The notes beneath the pieces were generated by a model. It saw nothing but the letters and a program-made list of their open reading frames with translations, had not been told where the DNA came from and did no database searches. A DNA stretch of 38,409 nucleotides from a virus: the UHGV virus genome UHGV-1369436. One strand, 5' to 3'. Positions 16,064-25,093 of this stretch are shown piece after piece. Numbering within the stretch: position 1 is the first letter of the stretch; every line of letters begins with the position of its first letter. The translations under genes and the position numbers were made by a program.

Positions 16064-17470
16064 GTGTCCACAGCTCTTTATTTTCCGGCAAGAGACGGGC
16101 TAAAAAACTGGACAGGGGAGTTGATACACAACGGAACACTATCAATAGTAGATAACCAAGTGTTGAAGCTGCGCCGGGCCAGCGACGGTACCGACAACGA
16201 CCGGTTTGCCGGATATATTCCGTTCGATTCCATAGATGGTGAGTTGTATGCCGTGTTCAATACCCTGCCACTTGCGGGCGCCGACGGGTTGATGGGGATA
16301 TTCGCCATGCGGTGGAAAGACCCGTCTGTTAGGGGTAGTGAGCCTTCGGGATACACGCTATCGATAATCCCCGACCAGTCGGCCGCTTCCGGCTACTCGC
16401 TTTGGCTCGAGAACGGTATTAAAAAACTGTCTAGCTTTCCTCTTCCGTATTACAAACACACAAATGATTACTGTGCTAGATTTAGTGTTACCGGCAGTAT
16501 TATAAAGGCAAAGGTGTGGCCATCAGCTGATAGTGAACCTGGATGGCAGATAGTGCTAAGCGATTCATCTGTGCAGGGCAGCCAAGACAGGAAGCGAAAC
16601 GGCGTATTCACCCACGGCGGTGGTTCGGTGGACTACCGTTTTATATCATTTGGCTTTAATAGCTCGTCCGCTCCGTCGATGCAAGACTTAACGCCAGCGT
16701 CTGTAGCGTCAAAGCAGCTAGATAATACGGGGTTTATAGCTGGGCCGCTAGGCGGCTTCCCGGCTGGCGGTGCATATGTCCCTATGAAAGCCAAGGCGAA
16801 CTACGATGTTGTCGGCGACACATCAACAGCCAAAGTAACTATCAAGCAGCCGGCGTTATCTCATAGATATTCCCTCCGAGGCAACAGAGGCTTCCCGTGG
16901 GTCGCCATCAAGCTACCAAAAGTAACATACAAAGAGCCCGGTAAACTCTATATTTTACCCTCAACAGAGGTAGCGAGAGTCAAAATAAGCCAGCCGACGC
17001 TAAACTACAAAGCACCGCCCAATGTAAATGTTGTTGGTGGCACAACGAAAGCCAGAATAACAACCAATCTACCGTCGATTACCTTCAGTTCAAAGCACGC
17101 CATTATAGCTGATGGGACTGTAGCACGTATTGAGATACCACAGCCGACTATCATATTTAAGGATGTTGAGCGATATACGTTTTATGTAGGTCCTGTAACG
17201 GCTCGTATCCGCACCACGACGCCACTTATTCGCTTTAAACGTGTACAAATCAACCCTGACGTATGGAAAACTCCACAAACCGAGATAGAGCACGAGTGGC
17301 GCAAGCTACCATACACCAGCGAGACTACCGGAGCGTGGCGAAACCATCAATATTACCGTAGCGATGACCAAGTTTGGCGCAATAACCGCAAAGAGGACAC
17401 GTCACAGTGGAGAAAACCGGTATCTACCACGAGAGATGAGCAAGAGTGGCGGCGTGTAGTGTATGATTAG
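16064..17470 (+). CDS. Tail fiber/spike-like protein with two internal repeat arrays (GTG start).
   Basis: Five copies of a motif of about 28 aa, (T/V)A(R/K)(V/I)xIxQP(T/A)Lx(Y/F). Five C-terminal WR repeats spaced about 13 aa apart (HEWR, GAWR, QVWR, SQWR, QEWR). Confidence 0.55.
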   Translation: MSTALYFPARDGLKNWTGELIHNGTLSIVDNQVLKLRRASDGTDNDRFAGYIPFDSIDGELYAVFNTLPLAGADGLMGIFAMRWKDPSVRGSEPSGYTLSIIPDQSAASGYSLWLENGIKKLSSFPLPYYKHTNDYCARFSVTGSIIKAKVWPSADSEPGWQIVLSDSSVQGSQDRKRNGVFTHGGGSVDYRFISFGFNSSSAPSMQDLTPASVASKQLDNTGFIAGPLGGFPAGGAYVPMKAKANYDVVGDTSTAKVTIKQPALSHRYSLRGNRGFPWVAIKLPKVTYKEPGKLYILPSTEVARVKISQPTLNYKAPPNVNVVGGTTKARITTNLPSITFSSKHAIIADGTVARIEIPQPTIIFKDVERYTFYVGPVTARIRTTTPLIRFKRVQINPDVWKTPQTEIEHEWRKLPYTSETTGAWRNHQYYRSDDQVWRNNRKEDTSQWRKPVSTTRDEQEWRRVVYD

Positions 17471-17488
17471 AGTAAAGGAGAATAAGAC

Positions 17489-18379
17489 ATGCTGACATTT
17501 TCGCAATTAAAACAAGATGTGATTAGCCTCATCAACGTAGATGAGGACAACATCACAGAGGTACGCAAAGCCGTATCAGATATAAACACAGGGATAAAGC
17601 TATTCCAAAACGCCGTGAGACGTTACTGGGTGCGCCAGGAGCGTGAGACTAACCTAATCCAGGGCAAATCACTGTATCGCTTCCCAAGGGACATGGTACG
17701 GGTTGTAGACGTACGTATAAAGGACGGAGATAACTACTATCCTATCACTCCAGTGCACAATATCGAGGAATGGCACAAAATCACGAGCGGGCAATCCACT
17801 GGAAGGCCTGAATGTTTCATCATCAAGAATGGTACAGAGATGGAATTGTTCCCGACACCAGCAGAGGATGTACCAAGCGGCATGATTGTGACGTTTGAGC
17901 CCCGTATGCAGGACTTAGGACTGGCTGACAAGGAGTTTAGCGTGTCTCTTACGGAGAATAGCCCGCGGGTCACAGCCTCACAGGATAGTTTTGTGCGCAG
18001 TATGGAGAATAATGGTTGGCTACAGGTCACAGATGGCAGTGACGGCAACTGGTACAAGGTAGCTAAGGTTGTAAACGCTCGGGAGATACGCCTTGAGACG
18101 CCATATCAGGGCCTCACAGCGACAACACGAGTCAAAATAGGTCAATGCCCACAATTCCCCGAGGAATACCACCAAGCGCCCGTATATTACGCCGCACAGC
18201 AATACTTTTTGATGCGTAAAGATCTAGACAGCGCCAATATGTACAAGCAATTGTTTGACAACATGGTGCAAGAGTACAAGACAGTGTACGGTATCACGAC
18301 AAGCTCTGGTTTTGTCCAGGGCGGTAGTAGTATGATGGGGCGAGAACGGATCACTGATCCAGTAAGGAGTATCTGGTAA
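17489..18379 (+). CDS. Hypothetical structural protein (296 aa).
   Basis: SD TAAAGGAGAATAA. The same 17-mer context occurs at 23173. Confidence 0.6.
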   Translation: MLTFSQLKQDVISLINVDEDNITEVRKAVSDINTGIKLFQNAVRRYWVRQERETNLIQGKSLYRFPRDMVRVVDVRIKDGDNYYPITPVHNIEEWHKITSGQSTGRPECFIIKNGTEMELFPTPAEDVPSGMIVTFEPRMQDLGLADKEFSVSLTENSPRVTASQDSFVRSMENNGWLQVTDGSDGNWYKVAKVVNAREIRLETPYQGLTATTRVKIGQCPQFPEEYHQAPVYYAAQQYFLMRKDLDSANMYKQLFDNMVQEYKTVYGITTSSGFVQGGSSMMGRERITDPVRSIW

Positions 18380-20379
18380 TGGCGGCAGGCAACACAGGCG
18401 ATACAATCATCAGCCAAACGTCGTTTTATGGTGGTTTCGGCACGGATGGGAAGATTGGTATTAAGAATAGCTATGGCGACTCAGAGTGTATGGACGGGCG
18501 CAAGAACCCGAGCCGGCTTTCTGTACTACCTGGGGCTCGCAATTTAGGCGACGGTGATATACGAGGCTTGATTGTAAATATGACGCAAACCCCAGACGGT
18601 GTAAGGTGGGGAATTGACAGGTTTGGCACACTATACAGGATCGACGTAAACAACGACGTTACAGTTGCAGCTTTTCTCCCAGGCTGGACTGATGGAACGT
18701 TTGGAGACCTCACCTACTGGAGATTAAAGGATGCTATCTACATTACCGGGAATGACCGTATCTACGCGTACACTAACGCCACGTCACCAAATCAGTCTTT
18801 TATTGATACTATTACCGGTAAGGCCAGTTCGTATCCTACAGTAGCCCAGATCCTCGTAAAAGACCGTGATGGCAAGTGGATTGGTGGCGGTACGAACCGG
18901 TGGAGTAGTATCAACGGCCAAGCTCAGAGTGATGGGCTGCCTACCTCTATTATCGAGAATGAGGAGAATACCTGCATTTTCTTACCAGACCAATCGCCTA
19001 TGACGCGTATCTCTGTGCGATTCCATGCTAAGGGTAGTGGGCAAGTGCACCTTGTCGTGCATGATGCTCAGAACAAAGAGATTGCTCACGCTACTAAAAA
19101 TGCCAGTGATGTGCAGACGGGACAAATCACTTACTTCGACTTCCCAGAGACTAAGGTTGGTGACTACGCTAACTTCGGTACGGAGTACCATATCCACATG
19201 TATGCTAGCGACGGCAACTGGCGTGTAGAAACATATGAACAGGATAAGATGTATGGCCTACACTTCCAGTATTTCGCCTCGCTGCTTACCAGTACGACAC
19301 GTAAGAGCCACCCAATCATCAACTGGGGCGGTAGCAAGCTATTTATTGGCAACGATCAGTACCTAGTCGACTGGCTTCCTTCTGGACTAACACAGGTAGA
19401 CGAGACCGAGTTTAACCGCCACCGTGTGATTGTAGAGAACGGCATGGAGGTGACAACGCTCACTAGTAACGACGAGTATGTCGTATTAGGTTGCGAGAAG
19501 GTGAGTACAGTACCAGGTCGCTCCTTCCAAGAGGGGATGCTCGGCTTTTGGGATGGGTTTGCAGACGGGCTGAACTTTAAGATTGATACGCCAATGGGTG
19601 AGCCAAAGAGCCTATTCACTTACCAGAACATTACTTACACGATCATCGACGGTGCTATGTACGCATACACAGGGGCTAAACAGCTCACCAAAGTGCGTAC
19701 GCTCAATGATAGCCATAGCGAGTACTCAGAGCGACGAGACACGACTGATATTTATCCGCACTGTATGACAGTGAGACGCGGCATCATGCTGTTTGCCTTC
19801 CCAAGTAAAACCAGTCTTTATACGATGAGGCACGGTATCTATTCATGGGGTGCAGTGGATAAGAACTACCCAGAGTCATTCTACTACTCGTACAATATGC
19901 CAGAGGTAAGCGGGAACTATAATACCTCTGACGTGACATATGAGCTTGGTGGGTGTTGGAACTTTGGAGACACGTTATACTTTAGCTACCAGATGCAAAC
20001 AAGGAACGGTACACGTTACGATCTAGCTGTTGTAGACAATAACAGTAGGCCAGCTAAAAAGTTTAGCTACCAGTCACTCATGTATGATGGCGGTGTGCCA
20101 TGGGCAGATAAGCAGGCCCTTCGTATGGGGGTGACATTCCGTGCACTACCTAAGGGCGCTACTATCCGTCCAAAGTACAAGATAGACGCTAAACCATGGG
20201 TATATGGCCAGAAGACAGCGACAGAGGGCGACGTGAGTGTCCGCATGGAGATAAATAAGCGTTTTAAAGAGATTACGTTTGGCTTTGACGGAACGACTAC
20301 AGACGCCACGCCAGAGCCCCCTACAATCGTATCCGTACAACTTAACGCCCGAACACTCGGGGAGGAGATGAAACTATAA
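18379..20379 (+). CDS. Large beta-rich structural protein (666 aa). Putative tail, baseplate or spike component.
   Basis: TAATG coupling. Composition rich in Y/W/G/T/N, typical of tail-fiber or baseplate proteins. Confidence 0.55.
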   Translation: MAAGNTGDTIISQTSFYGGFGTDGKIGIKNSYGDSECMDGRKNPSRLSVLPGARNLGDGDIRGLIVNMTQTPDGVRWGIDRFGTLYRIDVNNDVTVAAFLPGWTDGTFGDLTYWRLKDAIYITGNDRIYAYTNATSPNQSFIDTITGKASSYPTVAQILVKDRDGKWIGGGTNRWSSINGQAQSDGLPTSIIENEENTCIFLPDQSPMTRISVRFHAKGSGQVHLVVHDAQNKEIAHATKNASDVQTGQITYFDFPETKVGDYANFGTEYHIHMYASDGNWRVETYEQDKMYGLHFQYFASLLTSTTRKSHPIINWGGSKLFIGNDQYLVDWLPSGLTQVDETEFNRHRVIVENGMEVTTLTSNDEYVVLGCEKVSTVPGRSFQEGMLGFWDGFADGLNFKIDTPMGEPKSLFTYQNITYTIIDGAMYAYTGAKQLTKVRTLNDSHSEYSERRDTTDIYPHCMTVRRGIMLFAFPSKTSLYTMRHGIYSWGAVDKNYPESFYYSYNMPEVSGNYNTSDVTYELGGCWNFGDTLYFSYQMQTRNGTRYDLAVVDNNSRPAKKFSYQSLMYDGGVPWADKQALRMGVTFRALPKGATIRPKYKIDAKPWVYGQKTATEGDVSVRMEINKRFKEITFGFDGTTTDATPEPPTIVSVQLNARTLGEEMKL

Positions 20380-20639
20380 TGGCAGACTCAGTATACAACC
20401 CTAACACAGCTAGCCTTGAAACGTCGTTTTCTCAGATTAAAGAGACAAAGCTCAGTACGAAGTTTGAAGAGATAGACAACACTGTAGTGGGGAATATAGC
20501 GCAGCAGCAACAGATTACACCACGCCAGGTGCGTACGGGGGAGACACGGGGTGACACACAGCTCCGTGGGCTCATCAAGGTTGAAGATCGCTCAGGGCGT
20601 ATTGTAGCGATGTTTGGGTACTCTAAAGGAGCTTTTTAG
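20379..20639 (+). CDS. Hypothetical protein (86 aa).
   Basis: ORF track entry. TAATG coupling. Confidence 0.5.
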   Translation: MADSVYNPNTASLETSFSQIKETKLSTKFEEIDNTVVGNIAQQQQITPRQVRTGETRGDTQLRGLIKVEDRSGRIVAMFGYSKGAF

Positions 20640-21553
20640 TGGTAAAGATAGACAGGCGAGACTACGGCCTGAAGGTTGCTATGCCTGGGTATGATGTACA
20701 GACCGCTCCAGACAATAAGCTGCTCTTTAACTCGTCGTTTCCTATACTACAAGCGAAGATACTAGCCATATTAGGAATAAACGCGCAGCATACGCTTCCT
20801 GGTGCATTACACACCGCTAATTTTGGCGGTGAGTTTCTAGAGGCGAAGAATACCGGCTTCTCTACTATCTACAAGTTCAGGTGGAGGCATGAGTTAGGTT
20901 ATGTGCCGTTCATGATGCCTATTGATCCATCGTATTTTGGCTCTGGGTCTCCATGGTATGTTGATGAGCAATACATCTATTACATTAACTCAGTGCCACC
21001 GTTCTACAACACGACAACAGGAGAGAGAAACCCTATTAACCTTATTTTCTGTAGCCCCACCCCTGTTACTGATGATATAGAGTATCCGTATATTGCTACT
21101 CCGTTGTCGTTCTCTAAAGAGCATATAGCCTACCTACACGATTACGGGATAAAAACATCACGGTATGGCTTCATAGAGAAGAACAAAGAACTGGCTTTTG
21201 GGGACGCTGGTATAGATCTACGCTTGCAACCTCAGATGATACTCGGGGTGAAGACGAACAAAGAGTTTGGCAATAAGGCTGGAGATATAACGTACTGGGT
21301 GCCCAACACGCTTGATATGACTGACGTGACACCGTATGGCTTTGTGCAGAGTAAGATAGATATTGGCAACGGCAACACCGTGATGGCGTGGAGTATGATA
21401 GCTAACAGCGATCAAAAGAAGTGGATAACAATGGACGTTGGCACCAGGTCATATAAGCTCACGTACGGTGCAGACGATCCATCGGCGGCACGGGCCTTAG
21501 TAGCTGTGCGCTCACCAATGGTGTCGCCCTCAAGTGATACAATATACATATGA
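20639..21553 (+). CDS. Hypothetical structural protein (304 aa).
   Basis: ORF track entry. GTG start overlaps the upstream stop. Confidence 0.55.
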   Translation: MVKIDRRDYGLKVAMPGYDVQTAPDNKLLFNSSFPILQAKILAILGINAQHTLPGALHTANFGGEFLEAKNTGFSTIYKFRWRHELGYVPFMMPIDPSYFGSGSPWYVDEQYIYYINSVPPFYNTTTGERNPINLIFCSPTPVTDDIEYPYIATPLSFSKEHIAYLHDYGIKTSRYGFIEKNKELAFGDAGIDLRLQPQMILGVKTNKEFGNKAGDITYWVPNTLDMTDVTPYGFVQSKIDIGNGNTVMAWSMIANSDQKKWITMDVGTRSYKLTYGADDPSAARALVAVRSPMVSPSSDTIYI

Positions 21554-22317
21554 CCAGAAGCGATCATGGATATGGCAATTACGATTACGGGGTAAAAGTA
21601 CTAGACCCTGTTACAAAGTATGAGATATTCAATGCAAAGTACCCCATATTCGGTTCAGACGTTACCAACAAGATGCCTCAGATCGTCACTAGACGTGTTG
21701 TCATAACTAACTCTAGTCATATTTTCAACGAACCAAACCACCCAAACCTGAACTTCAACTATTCGGGAGAGTGGACAAATGTACCTATCATGCAATTCCA
21801 GGACGTAGATATACTCAAGGTACCGCACGGGCAAGGAAAGGTTCCTATATTCATGTCTATGGCTCGCTCTCACTTGGTAAATCGCATGTATGCTCGCTGG
21901 TTTCAGGCTGATGGCAATTTTACCGTTGAGTATAACATGCTCGTGACGCCAGCAGCGCCTGGATCTGGTTATTATTCAGAGGATGTGCCTTTTATGCCGA
22001 CACAGGGGCGTGCGCTAATAGATCCTATATCGGGTAAAGCTTTTGATTTTGTTGTGCCGCTCGGCAATGGCAACACCCGAAACATCACAAACAACTTTGT
22101 GCGGTGGAAAAACCTGCGTATTTTCGCCGACAATGAGAATATCTACGCTAGAATGTCTCTCGGGTCATTGGTTTCACACCGTTCATCGCGTTGGGGGCCT
22201 GGGGCCAGCGCAGTGCATCAATTTATAAAACTATGGACAGACTTGAGTGGCTCTTGGTTTGACTTTACGTTTTATATTTTCCCTTATGACCCTAAAGATG
22301 ACATATTTGTGAGGTAA
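21550..22317 (+). CDS. Hypothetical structural protein (255 aa).
   Basis: ORF track entry. 4-nt overlap with the upstream gene. Confidence 0.55.
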   Translation: MTRSDHGYGNYDYGVKVLDPVTKYEIFNAKYPIFGSDVTNKMPQIVTRRVVITNSSHIFNEPNHPNLNFNYSGEWTNVPIMQFQDVDILKVPHGQGKVPIFMSMARSHLVNRMYARWFQADGNFTVEYNMLVTPAAPGSGYYSEDVPFMPTQGRALIDPISGKAFDFVVPLGNGNTRNITNNFVRWKNLRIFADNENIYARMSLGSLVSHRSSRWGPGASAVHQFIKLWTDLSGSWFDFTFYIFPYDPKDDIFVR

Positions 22318-22319
22318 TT

Positions 22320-23138
22320 ATGGATTTTCAGCAACGATTAGCAGACGCAACACGATATAGGGACCAAACACGCGAGTCTTGGCACCGTGCTCAGCGTGAA
22401 GCGGACGCGGCAAAGGCTTCCTACGACGCCGCAACGTCTACAATGCCGAACTTCGGCGATGAGTTTGAGAAACGTCGCAAAGAATACCTGGAATCTGACG
22501 AATTGCGCAACCTCAAGGCTGATGTAGACGCCTCCAAGGCTAACGTAGACCGCACAAAGACGATGATTGACAAGCTGCCTGAGTCTATTAGACAGCAGTT
22601 TGGTGGTACAGCTATCACACAGGCTCAGCGAGACCTAGCTAAGCAGCAACAGCTACGAGGCCTCAGCCAACAGATGGCAGGGTACCAGGCTACATACATG
22701 ACAACCAACAATACGTACCAGAAACGCGTTGAGGACGCTTTCAGCCGCTCCATAGACGTGGCAAACAAGCATTATGACTCTATATGGGACGGCATCAGAC
22801 GACGCTACAATGACTGGCAAACCTCGCTACAGAACGTGAAGGCATGGGACAAGATGACAACAGTTGCCAACCGTAATCTCTTATCTGTCCAATCTGCTAT
22901 TGATACATACAGGTTTCAGCAGCGCCAGATGGCAGAGGAGAAGGCTCATATTGCCCGTATGAACGCGATCGATAATAGCTATATGTGGCGAGGTATCGCT
23001 ACCCAGCAGCGCCTCATCAACGAGAAAGCCGAAATTAACGAGCGTTACATGCGTGATGAGGCTAATAAAAAGCTCATTATCCAGAATTACCGCGCCGGCA
23101 ATGGTTCGTTCGGCGAATTGGAACGCAAGTACTCGTAA
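22320..23138 (+). CDS. Alpha-helical, Q-rich protein; paralog A. Shares an N-terminal domain of about 110 aa with the next gene.
   Basis: MDFQQRLADA… and shared block KLPESIRQQFGGTAITQAQR. Confidence 0.6.
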   Translation: MDFQQRLADATRYRDQTRESWHRAQREADAAKASYDAATSTMPNFGDEFEKRRKEYLESDELRNLKADVDASKANVDRTKTMIDKLPESIRQQFGGTAITQAQRDLAKQQQLRGLSQQMAGYQATYMTTNNTYQKRVEDAFSRSIDVANKHYDSIWDGIRRRYNDWQTSLQNVKAWDKMTTVANRNLLSVQSAIDTYRFQQRQMAEEKAHIARMNAIDNSYMWRGIATQQRLINEKAEINERYMRDEANKKLIIQNYRAGNGSFGELERKYS

Positions 23139-23191
23139 CGCCAGGCTTATCTACGCCTAGCGGTGTTAAATTAGAGTAAAGGAGAATAATT

Positions 23192-24127
23192 ATGGACTTT
23201 GGAGCAAGAATAGCAGACGCACAAGGTACGAAAAACGCCAGTAAAGCGGCTTTTAATAATTACCAAGCCCAATCCGACCAGGCCAAGTCGAACTACGACG
23301 CACACCTGCAAAACAGGCGGACTTATGGCGATATTTACGACCAAGCGCGTGATAAGTACATGAATACCGACGAGATTAACAAAGCTCGCGGCGTTTACCA
23401 CACTGCTCGTGACGCAGTAAACCAAATCAACACTACCATCAACAAGCTGCCAGAGAGCATCCGGCAGCAATATGGTGGCACAGGCCTCACAGAGGCTCAG
23501 AGGCAGCGTGCTTTGCAGGGCCAGCTTGGTAGTATGCAGAATACGCAGAACTATCTCAACACCAACTACCAAAACGCATCGACCGACTACAACGAGTTAG
23601 TCAACCGTGCGATGAATGAGGTGAATAATGTTGCGGCTGGCAACTACAAGACCCAGGAAGACACGACAAACATCCTCCAGGGCATCTGGAACACCTTGCT
23701 CGGGCAGCGAAACAGTGCCTACAGCCAGTACCAGCAAGATGAAAACGCTCTCGCTAATATCTATGGTGCACGAGACAACTGGGAGCTTAACCAGCAGAAG
23801 ATGGCCCTTGAGCGATGGAAGGAACAACAGGCTAGCGCACGACAAGCAGCAGCTAATGCCGCTAACTTTGGTTTGCAGAAGTACATGCTTGACCGACAAG
23901 ACGCTTCTAACGCCTCAGCTCGTGCTTGGCAAGAGAAGATTGCAGCCGCTCAAAACGCAGCTCGTGCTGAAGCTAGTCGCCTCGGCCGTGTGCAAGCTGA
24001 TCACAACCGTATTAACAACCATAACTACTTTGGCGACATCGGGAACAACCTCTCGCAAGGTTTCCGTAACGTAGCTAAATGGGGGCCGCTCGCGCTATTC
24101 GGCGGTGGCTCACTGTGGGGGAGATAA
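23192..24127 (+). CDS. Alpha-helical, Q/N-rich protein; paralog B.
   Basis: MDFGARIADA… and KLPESIRQQYGGTGLTEAQR. SD TAAAGGAGAATAA. Confidence 0.6.
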   Translation: MDFGARIADAQGTKNASKAAFNNYQAQSDQAKSNYDAHLQNRRTYGDIYDQARDKYMNTDEINKARGVYHTARDAVNQINTTINKLPESIRQQYGGTGLTEAQRQRALQGQLGSMQNTQNYLNTNYQNASTDYNELVNRAMNEVNNVAAGNYKTQEDTTNILQGIWNTLLGQRNSAYSQYQQDENALANIYGARDNWELNQQKMALERWKEQQASARQAAANAANFGLQKYMLDRQDASNASARAWQEKIAAAQNAARAEASRLGRVQADHNRINNHNYFGDIGNNLSQGFRNVAKWGPLALFGGGSLWGR

Positions 24128-24130
24128 AGT

Positions 24131-25093
24131 ATGTTTGATTGGTTATTCGGTAAAACAAAGGATCAAGCGTTGGCTAAATACCAGGACGCCGCTGATCAGC
24201 AGCAAATCAACCAGAAGGTTAACGACTTTTACAAGGAGCAGCTCAATGGTATCTACAACGATCCGGCCAACGCTGGTCTGCTTGCAGACATGCGCAAGAC
24301 TACTCCTGGGTTTGATGACGCCTGGAAAAGCCAAATGTCATCTCTAGACAGTAAGAGTGAACAACTGAAAGGAGCAGCCAGTGATGCTAACGCTGAACTT
24401 GAAAAGCAGAAAAAGAAGCAAAAGAACAATGTATTTGGCGACGGTCTTCTTGGTTCCTTTCTTAACCCTATTGCTCAAACAGTCGGTGCAGTAAGCGACC
24501 TAGCCACAGGCAACTACAAGGATCGTGACGTAGGTAGTGACCTGGCTGCCGCTGGAGAGACACTGCTCACCGCTCTGCCTGGTATCGGCGCTGCCGCTAA
24601 GGCCGCTAAGCTCGGTAAAGTAGCTGAAGGGCTTGGCGCTGTGAATAAGGCCCTATACACGATTCCTGGCTCAGCCGCTACCGGTGCTGCTATGGGTGGT
24701 CTAGACAAGATTCGCACGGGCGAGACAGATGACGCGCTGAATGGTGCACTACTTGGTGGCGTCATGGGAGGTGCTATACCGGGCGCTATGAAGGTTGGCG
24801 GTAACTTTCTCAAGAACCGTGGGCAAAACGCTATCACTCGGGCTGTGAACGGTGCTGGAGGCGATTCTGCCGCAGTGTTGGAAGCTCTACCGTCACGAGC
24901 ACTATACCAAGAAGGTTTGCGTAGCCTCGTACCTAAGAGCGCAGTAGGTAAGCTCGCTCTCGGGGGCGGTGCTCTGTATGGCGGTTCCCAGCTTATGGGC
25001 GCTCTCAACCCACAGCAAGGCGTACCGGATGAGGACGAGCAAGCTAACACACTAAATGAGTTATATAAACGACGACAAGGGGGTATGTTCTAA
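24131..25093 (+). CDS. Gly/Ala-rich hypothetical virion protein (320 aa).
   Basis: ORF track entry. GxxG-rich C-terminal half. Confidence 0.55.
   Translation: MFDWLFGKTKDQALAKYQDAADQQQINQKVNDFYKEQLNGIYNDPANAGLLADMRKTTPGFDDAWKSQMSSLDSKSEQLKGAASDANAELEKQKKKQKNNVFGDGLLGSFLNPIAQTVGAVSDLATGNYKDRDVGSDLAAAGETLLTALPGIGAAAKAAKLGKVAEGLGAVNKALYTIPGSAATGAAMGGLDKIRTGETDDALNGALLGGVMGGAIPGAMKVGGNFLKNRGQNAITRAVNGAGGDSAAVLEALPSRALYQEGLRSLVPKSAVGKLALGGGALYGGSQLMGALNPQQGVPDEDEQANTLNELYKRRQGGMF

Noticed and set aside
20379-21553. Programmed -1 frameshift (tail-chaperone-like) between 20379..20639 and 20639..21553.
   Set aside because: No slippery heptamer (XXXYYYZ) seen near the junction. The downstream ORF has its own GTG start.
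24514-25050. 178-aa ORF on the - strand rich in P/A/R.
   Set aside because: Antisense to the well-supported 24131..25093 gene. The composition is typical of an antisense reading of GC-rich Gly/Ala codons.
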